64,000 nucleotides of DNA, taken from assembly GCA_951406725.2 (NCBI GenBank), contig OX597831.1, positions 70,618,001 through 70,682,000 on the forward strand, read 5' to 3'. The position numbers and the translations under genes were made by a program. The stretch is from Octopus vulgaris (Eukaryota). Position 1 is the stretch's first letter; every line of letters starts with the position of its first letter. Below the pieces are notes generated by a model. That model worked only from the letters and a program-made list of their open reading frames with translations, did not search any database and was not told where the DNA came from. Positions 1 through 12,706 of the stretch are shown in pieces.

Positions 1-372
1 TTCCCAACCACATGGTTCTGGGTTCAGTCCCACTGCATGACACCTTGAGCAAGTATCTTCTACTATAACCTCAGGCTGACCAAAGACTTGTGAGTGGATT
101 TGGTAGACGGAAACTGAAAGAAGCCTGTCAAATATATATATTTTTTTATATGTGTGTGTGTGTGTTAATAATTGAGTGTCTGTTTGTCCTCCCCACCCAT
201 CGCTTGACAACTGATGTTGATGTGTTTACATCCCTGTAACCTAGCAGTTTGACAAAAGAGACCAATAGAATAAGTACTGGATTTACAAAGTATAAGTCCT
301 GGGGCTGATTTATTTGACTAAAGGTAGTGCTCCAGCATGGCAGTAGTCAATTTATTGAAACAAGTAAAAGAA
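1..372 (+). mobile_element. tRNA-derived SINE family A (CORE-like body), 5' end cut by window edge
   Basis: Same sequence as the full copies at 18119 and 62511: B-box-like GGTTCAGTCCC, CACCTTGAGCAAGT core, internal (TA)/(TG) tract and GAAACAAGTAAAAGA tail. Confidence 0.8.
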
Positions 373-739
373 TAATATATATGTGTATATGTATATATTT
401 ATGGATGGATAGATGTGTGTATGTATGTATGTATGGATGTATGTATGTATTTATGTATATATGTGTGTGCATGCATGTGTGTGTGGATGTGCTTGTGTCA
501 TCTAGTTTTGACATTGTACTGTAGCTGTAAACAAGTGTTACCACCATACAAGTGGTGTTTCCAACCTCACATGACAATGTGTCTGGGGATGGGGAAATAT
601 TCCCTTTCTACGAAACAGGCGAGGGTTTGCAACAGGAAGGGTTTCTAGCTGTAGAAAATCTGCCTGAGTGAATTTCATCGAATTCAAGGAAAAGTGGGTT
701 GTTAAAACGATGATGGTGATGATGATTAATTTTTTTAAT

Positions 740-776
740 GTATGAATGTGTATGTCCGTGTGTGTATATATGTATG

Positions 777-839
<63 letters not shown>

Positions 840-1259
840 ATATATATATGTATATATATATATATGTATATGTATATATATATATATGTATATATATATA
901 TGTGTATATATATATACACACACACACGCAAACTTATGTTTGTATGTGTGTGCTTGTGTATACGAGTGTAAATTGGTGTAAAAACATTGTGGTATTTAAC
1001 TCCATCAAAGAGATGTTACTTTGATAAATCTAACCATTCAATAAATAGAAATCAATAAAATTAATGGCAGACTAAATATAGGAGCCAATATAAATGACTG
1101 AAACTATTAAAACAAGTGCCCCAGCATTGCCAGTGTCCAATGTCTGAAACCAGTAAAACAACTGAAACAATGTTTGTATACACACATACATACATACATA
1201 CATACATACATACATACATACATACATACATGTTATACATACATACATATATACATACA

Positions 1260-1293
<34 letters not shown>

Positions 1294-1493
1294 CATCTAT
1301 ACATACATACACACACATATATATATATATATATAAATGTATGGATGTATGTATACTTTTACGTATGTGTTTATATGTGTGTATGTATGTAGATATATAT
1401 ATGTGTGTGTGTGTGTGTAAGTATAGTATATGTATGCTTGTGTATGTACAATTTGTATATATGTATGCATGTATCTCTGTATGTAAATGTATG

Positions 1494-1536
<43 letters not shown>

Positions 1537-1573
1537 ATATCTATGTATGTATATTTATGTATGTGTACATATC

Positions 1574-1612
<39 letters not shown>

Positions 1613-1715
1613 GCATGTGTGTATGTATATATATGTATGTGTGTATGTATATATATGTATATGTATGTATATATATATATGTGTGTGTATATATATATGT
1701 ATATGTAGGTATGTA

Positions 1716-1746
<31 letters not shown>

Positions 1747-1773
1747 GTACATCTCTGCGTGAATAGATACATA

Positions 1774-1850
<77 letters not shown>
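740..1850. repeat. Compound (TG)n/(TA)n/(TACA)n microsatellite field
   Basis: Directly visible simple repeats. They explain the YI/CV/HT-rich ORFs here. Confidence 0.95.
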
Positions 1851-1854
<4 letters not shown>

Positions 1855-2189
1855 GTTCATGCATACACAAACACGCACACACAGAGGAAGACAGAATTAC
1901 TCAAACAATGAGAAGGAGAAACAGAGCCGTACAAGTAAAGACAATTGAAATGTCAACACTGTAAATGGTAATGAGGAGAATTACAGACATGAGGGTGGAA
2001 GAACATAATTCACATAAAAGTCTGCACATAATATGTGTGTGTGTGTGTGTGTGTGTATCTATTTGGTAATTTTACAACTAATAGATTTTCATTATCATAT
2101 ATATACATTTTCGCATCATTTAAAATTTAAATTCTAATGTTATCAATTAATTTCATATGAACAAATATATGAATATTTGTATTTGTTCT

Positions 2190-2410
2190 CTTCTGTTTTT
2201 ATTTACTTGAAGTGTTCCTGTACAGAAGGAGCTGGTTTCTAACAAAGATTCACAGCTCCATCATTGGATTGTAGATGGCAAAAACATCAAATTTTGAAAT
2301 TAAGAGAAGTCTTGCGTAATTTTACTATTCAACTTACAGGCTTTACCAGATTATTGCTTAGAAATTTAGTCAGAAAACCAAGAGCACCAATTATTATTTG
2401 TATAAATATG
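2190..2410 (-). mobile_element. 3' end fragment of RLE-type (R4/NeSL-like) non-LTR retrotransposon
   Basis: Minus frame reads IFIQIIIGALGFLTKFLSNNL. The 3' flank GGAGCTGGTTTCTAACAAAGA is shared with the copy at about 40850. Confidence 0.5.
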
Positions 2411-2414
2411 TGCT

Positions 2415-2826
2415 TCTGTGCCGGTGGCACATGACCTGCTGTGCTTGAGGAGACCTATTGAGTCAAGTACATCAACATCAAAATGAATATCAAATGGAAA
2501 TAGTAGTTGTGATACCTGTGCCAGTGGCACGTAAAAAGCACCATCCAAACGTGGCTGATGCCAGCGCCGCCTTGACTGGCTTCTGTGCCAGTGGCATGTA
2601 AAAAGCACCAACCAATCGTGGCCACTGCCAGCCTCCCCTGGCATGTAAAAAGCACCCACTACACTCACGGAGTGGTTGGCATTAGGAAGGGCATCCAGCT
2701 GTAGAAACACTGCCAGATCAGACTGGAGCTTGGTGCAGCCTTCTGGGACTTCCCAGACCCTGGTCAAACCGTCCAACCCATGCTAGCACGGAAAACGGAC
2801 GTTAAACGATAATGATGATGATGATG
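2415..2826 (+). mobile_element. RTE-type LINE 3' UTR remnant with GTGGCAYGTAAAAAGCACC subrepeats and (GAT)n tail
   Basis: Same 3' sequence directly follows the RTE ORF end at 30290-30828. Many copies occur in the window. Confidence 0.7.
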
Positions 2827-2879
2827 AAGCTGCTATATAGGTGCAGAAGCAAAGGTTTCGATGTAGTTGTTTGTAGTTA

Positions 2880-3060
2880 TCTTTTTTCTCTTTGATTTGT
2901 GAAGAGGTATTTACGTGAGCAGGGCAGCTGGCTATTTTAATATCACATACTCAGTATGATTCCATTCTTTCAATATAGCCAACTGAGGGATCATTTTTGG
3001 CTACTTTATGACAATCAAATAAGTCTTTATTGAGTTAATAAGTCCACATGAAATAGATTT
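2880..3060 (-). mobile_element. Decayed N-terminal ORF fragment resembling R4/Dong-like LINEs
   Basis: Minus frame reads WTY*LNKDLFDCHKVAKNDPSVGYIERM, resembling the WT..N..L..C...P...GY..RM motif. It contains stops. Confidence 0.35.
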
Positions 3061-3137
3061 ATAATTGTGGCTCTTCTTATAACTACTTATAAAAATATTT
3101 TGTCTCCCATTTCTGGTATTTCTATATATATATATAT

Positions 3138-3447
3138 ATATTTATATATACCAATTAAGGACTGAACACGAAAAGTGGACAGTCAACATGCTAGATATAG
3201 ACGTCAAATCGTCATTCTCCACAAAAGATTATGTTCTCAGATCAAACTCAACACAAAAGTTTGATCTGAGAACATAATCTTTTGTGGAGAATGACGATTT
3301 GACGTCTATATCTAGCATGTTGACTGTCCACTTTTCGTGTTCAGTCCTTAATTGGTATATATAAATATTTTAATCTTCGGATTCTTTTTTAATATGCTAG
3401 ACCACTGGTCTTAATTGATAAATATCAATTTCTACCCTTAATTAATT
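3138..3447 (+). repeat. Perfect fold-back (111-bp arms, 9-nt loop) plus unpaired tail between (TA)n tracts; probable Penelope-type truncated insertion
   Basis: 3138-3248 is the exact reverse complement of 3258-3368. A tail at 3369-3447 follows, then (TA)n. Confidence 0.85.
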
Positions 3448-4405
3448 ATATATATATATATTTATATATGTATGGATGGATAGATGTGTGTATGTATGTA
3501 TGTATATATGTGTGTGCATGCATGTGTGTGTGTGTGGTGTGCTTGTGTCATCTAGTTTTGACATTGTACTGTAGCTGTAAACAAGTGTTACCACCATACA
3601 AGTGGTGTTTCCAACCTCACATGACAATGTGTCTGGGCATGGGTAAATATTTTTTTTCTACGAAACAGGCGAGGGACTGCAACAGGAAGGGTGACTTTGT
3701 TGATTTGTTTCTCATCTGTGATGTTTCGTTTTGGTAATTCTTCAGTGAAGCTGTGCCATTATTTCCAGTCATATCGTTTGTGGTAGATTCCTGCAAAGAG
3801 GATTCATGTTTGAGATGGACATCCTTACAGTTTTGATGAAATGTGGCATTAATGTTGGAAAGGTATTCATCAGATATTAAATGAATTGTCTCCTAACTAG
3901 ATAAATGACTGTCCTCAACTAGTAGTTTCTTGATGTGTTTGTTTGCATATTTGTTGTATGTATACATGTATGTATGTATGTCAGGTCACTTTCAAGTGCT
4001 ACTGGTAACATGTAACCCAGTACAACATGTTGCATGGTCGGGTCGTCGGCGACTAAACCGGCAATCCCACCAAGCTAGCTTGGTGAGGAAGGTGTTTATT
4101 GGACACCCTGCGGGATGAAAAACAAAACCCATCAAAGGGCGGAGGAACTCTTGAGAGTCAACGGCCATCCAATAAATGTCTTAAGGCTGTATCATGCACG
4201 GGGACATAGAAATAATTGGACCGAATACCCGATCGCGTGGTTAAACCATTGGGAGTGAAGAACTCCTAGCCTTTGTTAGGGCATCCTTCTAGGAGAAGGT
4301 AACTCAGGTAACTGGGATAACTCTAACATACTATTGTGACCACATGATCAAAGTTGGAGCCTGTTTGAATCATTTTTCTTTCTGGCTTTCTTTCTCAGTG
4401 TAAGC

Positions 4406-5310
4406 ATGGCCAATCCATTAGCAATGTGCACTAACGAAGAACAAAGAGCAGTGACCCAATTTCTCTGGTTGGAAGGTGTGTCTGGACGTCCGTCAATCTC
4501 CACCACTGATGAGAAGATTCAGCAAGCTTGAGAGATGGTAATGGTGAACCGGCAAGTTACCATCAGTGAGGTAGCTCATTCTCTGATATGCAGTCATGGT
4601 TCTGTTTATCAAGTTATCCACGATGAGCTCAGCCGCCATAAAGGCTGTGCAAGATGGATGGCAAGAGAGCTTGCTGCAGAGCAAAAGAGCAAACATCTTG
4701 AGGTCTGCCAATGTTTACTCGATCACTACAACAATGAGGGCAAGAAATGTTTTGCAGAATGGTCACTAGAGATGAGACATGGGTCCATCGTTATGAGGTA
4801 GAATGCAAAAGATAGAGTATGGAGTAGAAACATCCTGGTTTGCCAGCGATGAAGAATTTCAAAACTCAGTCTTCCACAGAAAATGTGATGCTAACCCTGG
4901 AAAAGCAGTGTACGATCAAGAGTGCAAGATACAGTGCTTTGTTGACCAACAAACTGAAACCAGCAATTCACACCAAATGCCAAAGCCTTTTGCTGAAGAA
5001 AGCTCTGTTGTTGCATGACAATGCACATCCACACAGGGCTACCAGACTGTTGAAACCATTAACCAATTGGATTTTGAGGTGCTGGAACTGCCTGCATAAG
5101 GCCCAGATCTTGCACCTTCCAGCTATTATATCTTTGGACCACTCAAAGATGGTTTAGAAGGTCGTTGGTGTCCGACGGATGAAGGTGTGAAGAAAGTGGT
5201 GCATAAAAGGTTGCATGACCAACCAAAGACCCTTTTATTGGAGGGAATATACAAGCTTGTGGACCCCTGGACCAAGTGCCTCGAAAAGGAAGGAGACTAA
5301 TTAGAAAAAC
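4406..5310 (+). pseudogene. Decayed mariner transposase
   Basis: Fragments MANPLAMCTNEEQRAVTQFLW, ARWMAREL, LLLHDNAHPH, PDLAPSSY, KCLEKEGD with frameshifts and stops. A probable right end lies near 5797 after a SINE insertion. Confidence 0.8.
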
Positions 5311-5343
5311 AATGTACTTATTTATCCCCTGCTTTTGTGTAAC

Positions 5344-5752
5344 TACTCTTTTACTCTTTTACTTGTTTCAGTCATTTGACTGCGGCCATGCTGGAGCACC
5401 GCCTTTAATCGAGCAACTCGACCCAGGCACTTTTTCTTTTGTAAGCCCAGTACTTATTCTGTCGGTCTCTTTTGCCGAACCGCTAAGTGACGGGGACGTA
5501 AACACACCAGCATCGGTTGTCAAGCAATGCTAGGGGGACAAACACAGACACACAAACACACACACGCATATATATATATATACATATATACGACAGGCTT
5601 CTTTCAGTTTCCGTCTACCAAATCCACTCACAAGGCTTTGGTTGGCCCGAGGCTATAGTAGAAGACACTTGCCCAAGATGCCACGCAGTTGGACTGAACC
5701 CGGAACCATGTGTTGGTAAACAAACTACTTACCACACAGCCACTCCTGCGCC
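5344..5752 (-). mobile_element. SINE family A, full length
   Basis: Reverse complement of 62511-62924. Head GGCGCAGGAGTGGCTGTGTGG is A-box like. Confidence 0.85.
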
Positions 5753-6083
5753 TACATTGAAAAACCAAGGGTGCATACATTTTTTGATTATCTCTCATAT
5801 ATATGTGTATACCATGTGTTTACATAACCATCTCAAATACTGATCTTCGTTAATTAGATTGTAAATAGTTAATTAGATTGTACGAATCAGTCTGCTCAGT
5901 TTTTGTCTTGAGTGCTTATCCCAGTATTTCCATATTTTTGTTGCGTTTTTTTTTTGTTATTTGTTTATGCTGATCCGTTATGTAGCCCAGCAGACCTATA
6001 ACAATAAGGGGAAATGAAAATCTATAGCCAAGATAAATGATCAGTAGATTTCTCATGAGTTCTTCGTAGATGTCCTTCTTTAC

Positions 6084-6173
6084 CTTAACTGACGATATTC
6101 TTGTCTGCCAGGCAGACTAATCTCTACAGTAGTACATGATTTTTGTTCACTGACCCATGCAACAATAACTGGC
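6084..6173 (-). CDS. Candidate host coding exon 3 (R)PVIVAWVSEQKSCTTVEISLPGRQEYRQL(R); product unknown
   Basis: ACAG acceptor, AG|GTAAAG donor, 90 nt open, phase 2-2. It is non-repetitive and in frame with the exon at 36464-36530. Confidence 0.55.
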
Positions 6174-6404
6174 CTGTTATACATACACACTATTACTGTT
6201 TTTATTGTATACATAAGCATACATACATAAATACACTCACATATACATACACAAATATATACACACACACACATATGCATACATGTACACACATGCACAC
6301 ACACATGAGAGGGTGTACAAACATACAAACATAAAAACGCATTATTTATGGGATGATCCAATATCTGCATATATATATATATATATATATATATGCATGT
6401 GTGT

Positions 6405-6456
<52 letters not shown>

Positions 6457-6495
6457 GTATGTAGGTATGTATGTATGTGTGTATGTATGTCTGAT

Positions 6496-6528
<33 letters not shown>

Positions 6529-6805
6529 GTGTATGTCTGTATGTATGTATGTATTATATATGTATTATGTATGTATGTATGTATGTATTTTATTACTATC
6601 TCTCATATATATGTGTATTCCATGTGTTTACAAAACCATCTCAAATACTGAAATAGTTGGTGTGGATCTATGTGTCTGCATGTGAATAAACTTACACCCA
6701 TAGTGGATCTGCATGTAATGCTTGTACGCAAGTATGTGTGTCTGTCATTAATAATAGCAATAATAATAATAATAAAATATATACATACAATATAAGATAT
6801 GTACT

Positions 6806-6837
<32 letters not shown>

Positions 6838-7043
6838 GAGACAAAGGCACAACATGAGCACCTACATCGTTAGAAATAGAAGTCAAAAATACTTCAGTAC
6901 CACAGAATAATCACAAATTTACTACAAGCATGGTAGGAAAAAATTCCAGTGAACATTAAAACAGTCTTACCTCTGCAAGCAATACTGGTCAACTTGGTAC
7001 TTCTATTCTTAGCACTGTAGGTGCTCATGTACTGCCTTCGTGC

Positions 7044-7080
<37 letters not shown>

Positions 7081-7085
<5 letters not shown>

Positions 7086-7214
7086 AAGTCAAAATAGAAA
7101 ATACTAAAATAATTTTATAAAGAACCTGAAATGTTCTTTATAAAATTATTTTAGCATTTTCTATTTTGACTTGTTTTTTCATATATATCAACTCGTGTGT
7201 TCCTTTTCACCCTT

Positions 7215-7216
<2 letters not shown>
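7081..7216 (+). repeat. (TA)n-flanked fold-back with about 45-bp arms plus tail
   Basis: AAAAGTCAAAATAGAAAATACTAAAATAATTTTATAAAGAAC is mirrored by GTTCTTTATAAAATTATTTTAGCATTTTCTATTTTGACTT. Confidence 0.75.
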
Positions 7217-7261
<45 letters not shown>

Positions 7262-7462
7262 ATTTATGATACAGATGAGGAAATAATTTTATTCTCAAAC
7301 ACAGGCTAATGCTAATAATATAGCATGAACGGGATAAACTACGTTTATGAATAAAATTATTTCTGTATCTGTATTTTTCTATACATCTCAAAGCTTCCAA
7401 AGCAAACTTTATTTGTTGATTTTCAACATAAGTTGAATTTTATATATGTGTATATATATATA

Positions 7463-7658
7463 TCATCAGCAGCAGCAGCATCGTTTAACGCCCGCTTTCC
7501 ATGCTAGCATGGGTTGGACGATTTGACTGAAGTCTGGTGAAACAGATGGCTGCACCAGGCTCCCCAGTCTGATCTGGCAGAGTTTCTATGGCTGGATGAC
7601 CTTCCTAGCGCCAACCATTCTGAGAGTGTAGTGGGTGCTTTTACGTGCCACCAGCATG
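7463..7658 (-). mobile_element. RTE-type LINE 3' UTR remnant
   Basis: CATCGTTTAACG..TTTCCATGCTAGCATGGGTTGGACG signature shared with the other copies. Confidence 0.7.
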
Positions 7659-7929
7659 AGTATTTATTTTATCAACCCCGATAGGATTAAAGGCAAAGGC
7701 AACCTCAATGGAATTTGAACTCAGAATATAAAGATGGGATGAAATGTTGCAAAGCATTCTACTTGGCATGTTAATGATTCTACCAGCTTGCACCTTTATT
7801 GACATCAAAAAGGCATCAAATCAGCAATTGGACTGTCTGGAACTTGTAGCCAATGAGCAATACTATAGGTTACCAAATGTGACTCATCTATGTGATATTG
7901 TATTTCTCATAACTCACTATATATATATG

Positions 7930-8021
<92 letters not shown>

Positions 8022-8059
8022 GATGGACGGATGGATGGATGGATGGGTAGGTAGGTAGG

Positions 8060-8118
<59 letters not shown>

Positions 8119-8130
8119 ATAAATAAATAT

Positions 8131-9019
8131 AAGGGGTGCAATGGATAAATTGCTGCCCTTTATATTTTTAATTTTATACATGTGCATTGTTTGTTTTTGA
8201 TTTTGCTGACTACATAGTATAGTAGGGTCAGTTGGGCACCATCTGTGAGAAAAACAGGGCCATGACACAATTCATTCTGCCAGAAATTTGGAAACAACTT
8301 GCTGTACTGCTTGGCACTTGCACTGGAAGCTCCAATACGAACATGTCAGAGTGTTTTCAGTGTCAATGTGAGGACAGTGCAATCTGAGGACATGTACCGA
8401 GAGTGATAAAAATCAAACATCCAGTCAGCATCATGGCATTTGGAGTGATCACTATTGATGATGAAGTTATGCCTCCATTCATCTTCCTACATGGCCTCAG
8501 ACTCAACATGAAGGCCTGCATCAAGTGCCTGGTGGAGGCAGTGCTGCCCTAGGTGAAGAGGGCAGCTGTTGGAAGACCCTATGTCTGGTAACAGGACTCT
8601 GCATCATGCCACACAAGCAGGAGAACCCAGTCATGGCTGTCAGACATTTTCTGCAAAATCACACCTAACATCTAACCACCTAACTCCCCAGACTGCAACC
8701 CTCTTGATTATTATGTGTAGGGTGCAGTTGAGCAAGAAACCAACAAAACTCCTTGTAATATAAAAGATTAACTAAAGGCAAAGATTATGGCAGCATTCAC
8801 TAATTTAAACAAAAAGTCTGTCCAGAAGATTTGCAGAAGATTCTGAAGTCGTCTGGTGACTGTAGTTGAAGCCAATGGCGATTTTATTGAACAAATTTAC
8901 TCTTTAGTATTCCAAGATATTTTTACATAATTTTGGCAAATATATCTGTTAAAATGAAATGTCAGTATTATTTTCATTTTTGTGTAATTTAGATGACAGA
9001 TTATTCACTGCACATTCTA
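8131..9019 (+). mobile_element. Internally deleted DD37D (maT-like) Tc1/mariner element
   Basis: Homologous to 35118-35972 and 42002-42813. Shows QDSASCH...SPDCNPLDYYV and degenerate TIRs in a TA context. Confidence 0.75.
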
Positions 9020-9036
9020 TATATGTATACATGTAC

Positions 9037-9092
<56 letters not shown>

Positions 9093-9554
9093 GTACATAT
9101 ATATATATGTGTATGTATGTATGTATGTATGTACACACACATGTTCATACACACACATAACACACATAGAAATATTTGTTTAAAATAAACTTAGTTTGTT
9201 TCGATTTTATGAATACATTTTCAGATATGAAATTAATTTCTGAAATTATTGGTTTACTCAGCTTTATACAAGAGAGAAAATATAATAATATAATTTATTT
9301 ACAAATGATCATTTTCATTTGTTAATTGAACAAAACTGTTAAATGTGATCCAATAATACCAGATTTCTGTTGTGATTCTTATTTAACAACAAGCTCAAAT
9401 TCTTAATTATCAAATTTCATAACTTCATAACTACTTCACTGTTTTTTATTTATTTCTTTTTATTTTTATTTGCTCTTATTTAAATCTCTTTCTAGAAATG
9501 CTGTCATTAGAAAAATTATATTTTAGTAGAGCAGCTTAATCAGCTTTTTGTTGC

Positions 9555-9960
9555 TGATTCAGCTGTGTGGTAAGATGCTTTATTCTCAACCACATGAGTT
9601 CAGGTTCAATCCCACTGTGGCATCTTATACATATGTCTTCTTCTATAGCCTCAGGCTGACCACAGCTTTGTGAGTGGATTTGGCAGATGGAAACTGAAAG
9701 AATCCCATTGTATATATGTATATCTACATATGTGTGTCTTTGCATCTGTGGTTGTCCCCTACCACTGCTTGACAATTGGCATTGCTGTGTTTACATCCCC
9801 ATAACTTAGTGGTTCAGCAAAAGAGACAGTTAGGATCAGTACCAAGCTTTAAAAAAAATGATAAAAGTACTGGAGTCCATTCATTCACATAAAAATGCTT
9901 CAAGGCAGTGCCCCAGCATGGCCACAGTCTAATGGCCGAAACAAGGAAAGGACTAAAGAT
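9555..9960 (+). mobile_element. SINE family A, diverged
   Basis: Head, core and tail are recognisable against the other copies. Confidence 0.7.
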
Positions 9961-10499
9961 AAAGATTATTTAGCTATAATGAAAGAAAGAAACATTTTTT
10001 TAATCTTTTTGTCACCCAATCAAGCAGGTTTTTGTATCTTATGAAGCACAAAACACAGTAACTGTACTGAAATGGTAACTTAATGTAAGGCTTTTGAGAA
10101 TGGTGTGGAAAACAAGGGAAAACACACCATTGATAATTACTGCAGTAGGAAGTAGCTAACAGCAATCAGAGACCTGATCCAAATGAGTGCAACAGAATAG
10201 ATATTATTAGTTTAAATGAGGATAGAATTACAGGAGTGCCTGACAAGATACCTTGAAGTATTTAGTCAAATTTCTTTTAATTTTGGTTTGGTCTCTGTAG
10301 CTGGATGCCCTTCCTAATGCCAACCACGTTACAGTGTGTGCTGGGTGCTTTTAATGTAGCACAGGCACAGAACTCTTGCAGGCCAATCTTCTTCAGCAAT
10401 GGGGAGTGGCCTTAACACTTCTGCTGTAGAGGACAGGTCTTCATGCATACAGCGAGATGCCAAGTATATCAACCCTTTTTCATCTTACCTGAAAGGTTC

Positions 10500-10770
10500 A
10501 GTGTCCTAAGTTTATCCTTCAGTACCCATCCCCATGTCTTCCTGGGTCTTCCTCTTCTATGAGTTCCATGACACTTCATCAAGGAATCCATCCACATCAC
10601 ATGACCAAACCAGTGCAGTCTTTTCTCTTGCACACTGCATCTTATTCCTCTATATTTAACTTCTCTCTCATTATACTAACACTCTGTTACATATGTACAC
10701 TTACTTTACACATCCACAGAGCATAGTAGCCTCGTTCCACTCTAGCCTTCACATGTCTTCTGCATCCAGG
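10500..10770 (-). mobile_element. RTE-type LINE ORF 3' fragment
   Basis: Minus frame reads GIRCSVQEKRLHWFGHVMWM...RRGRPRKTW. Confidence 0.7.
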
Positions 10771-10779
10771 GCCGTAATT

Positions 10780-11250
10780 CAGATAGCGAGTCTTCAATAG
10801 ATCTGGCTTTGTGGTAGTCACTAAAGGAGAAGAAACTCGAGTAATAATTGTTTATGACTGTCTCTATCACTTTTGAGTTATTGGAAGCCAGGATGATAGA
10901 TCAGTACTTAGCAAGGTCAAATAGGTTACCCTTTTCAGGAAACGGATTTACAGTTGTGAACTACAATCAATTAGGGCACATACTTGAGAGAGAATCGCTG
11001 AAGAGTTTATTCAAAATAGGAGATAGCTAAGGAGCAAATTAATTTATGGTTGAGAGAAATTGAGTGGAAAATATTTTGCACCCAATGAATGTATGTGCGA
11101 AGCCATTGAGGCAGATGTACTTGTGCACAAAATGAATTCAGATATTTTGTTGTGAATACAGAACAGAATTAGGAGAAAGGCAGGTAACAAACGTATGGCC
11201 TTTGTTGATAAGTGTACTGTTTACAGAGACAGATTAAATAACTACTTCGC
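10780..11250 (-). mobile_element. Decayed LINE RT N-terminal fragment (CR1/Jockey-like)
   Basis: LSPILNKLFSDSL...VNPFPEKGNLFDLAKY*SIILASNNSKVIETVI matches the P.PKKG...NYRPI.L.S..SKV.E motif. Confidence 0.6.
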
Positions 11251-11414
11251 TATTCCTGACTTTTATTACTATTGATGTCTAAAAGTTTTCATATTGCAAC
11301 TCAGCAGAGTCTAACAAACTCTCAACAAAATAATTTCATCTTTACTCATACACACACACACTCACACGCACGCACGCACACACGCACGCACGCACACACA
11401 AATACACACACATA

Positions 11415-12706
11415 CGAGGGGCGTTCAATAAGTAATGCCCCTGACCCACTTCCCATAGAAGTAGAGCAACGAAACGTGGCACAGTTATTAGTCTTTTTCT
11501 ACGTAGGAACCACCCAGAGTTACGCATTTCTCCCATCGTTTGATGCAGCTCTGGAGACCGTTTTTGTAGAAGACCCCAGCTTGGTCCTCCAACCACGACG
11601 GGACTTCAGAAATCAAGGCTGCATCATCTGGGAAACGCTTTCCTTTCAAAAACAACTTCATGGCTGGGAAGAGGTGAGAATCAGAGGGTGCAAGGTCCGG
11701 AGAGTAGGGGGGATGGGGGAGGAGTTCATAGCCGCACGCCTGTGCTTCTGATCTGGTGACACGCGAGTTGTGGACCGGAACGTTGTCCTGCAGGAGGAAG
11801 ATGCCTTTGCTGATCTTGCCCCGCCTCTTGATTTTGATAGCTACTCTTAATTTCCTCAAAAGTGAAGCATAATAGGCTCCTGTAATTATGGTACCTTTTG
11901 CCAGGAAATCTGTCATCACTACTCCGTCCTGGTCCCAGAAGACTGTGAGCATGACCTTGCCAGCGGAGGGTTGCACCCTTGCCTTCTTTGGAGGCGGTGA
12001 GTCATGGTGCTTCCACTGCATTGACTGGGCTTTGGTCTCTGGATCATCGTGATGGACCCAGGTTTCATTCTGTGTAATCAGACTTTTGAAAAAATTTGAC
12101 TCATTTTCTTGGCACATCTCCAAATTCATCCTCAAGCACTCGACGCGTTCTTGCTTCTGAAAAGGTGTGAGCAACCTGGGAATCCATCTGGCAGACACCT
12201 TTTGCATATGCAAATGGACATGAATGACAGTTTCCACAGACCTGGTACTAATCTTGACTCATGGGCTATTTGGCGAATAGTTATGTGTCGATCTTCCAAA
12301 ATGGCAGCCTCAACTTGACAGACAGATACCTCATCAATGGCAGAAGGGGGGCGACCAGATCTGGGAGCTGTTTCCACAGAGTTCCGACCATGTTTGAATT
12401 CACGATGCCAGCGTTTTACAAGGTCATATGATGGGGCATCATCACCATAAGTTACTTTCATTTCATCAAAAGTCTCCCGTGGTGTGCGTCCTTTCAAATA
12501 CAAAAACCGGATCACTGCTCGACACTCAACAGGCTCCATTTCACACTTGACTCGGTTCAAACACCTGTAAATCAGAAACCACAATTAGTTCAGGGCTGTA
12601 ATTTATCACTTAATCTGTAGAGATATAAATAATTGCACATGCAAAATTTCAGCTGGATCAAACAACTGCAAGTGGGTCAGGGGCATTACTTATTGAACGT
12701 CCCTCG
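11415..12706 (-). mobile_element. Full-length mariner element (1292 bp) with 37-bp TIRs and TA target duplication
   Basis: TIRs at 11415-11451 and 12670-12706 differ at one base. TA flanks both sides and the insertion sits in a CA/TACA microsatellite. Confidence 0.95.
11488..12539 (-). pseudogene. Mariner DD34D transposase with one frameshift (about 12255) and first catalytic D changed to N
   Basis: MEPVECRAVIRFLYLKG HTH region, WIPRLL, ITQNETWVHH, LQDN-x34-D and YSPDLAPSD motifs, split over ORFs 12132..12584 and 11488..12237. Confidence 0.9.

Noticed and set aside
1900-1958. Possible downstream minus exon giving a hydrophobic C-terminus
   Set aside because: It has only an acceptor-like site and a short open stretch, which is expected by chance.
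3693-3925. Coding-like minus frame of about 70 codons with one stop
   Set aside because: It has no splice or motif support and may be the low-complexity N-terminus of the decayed LINE at 2880.
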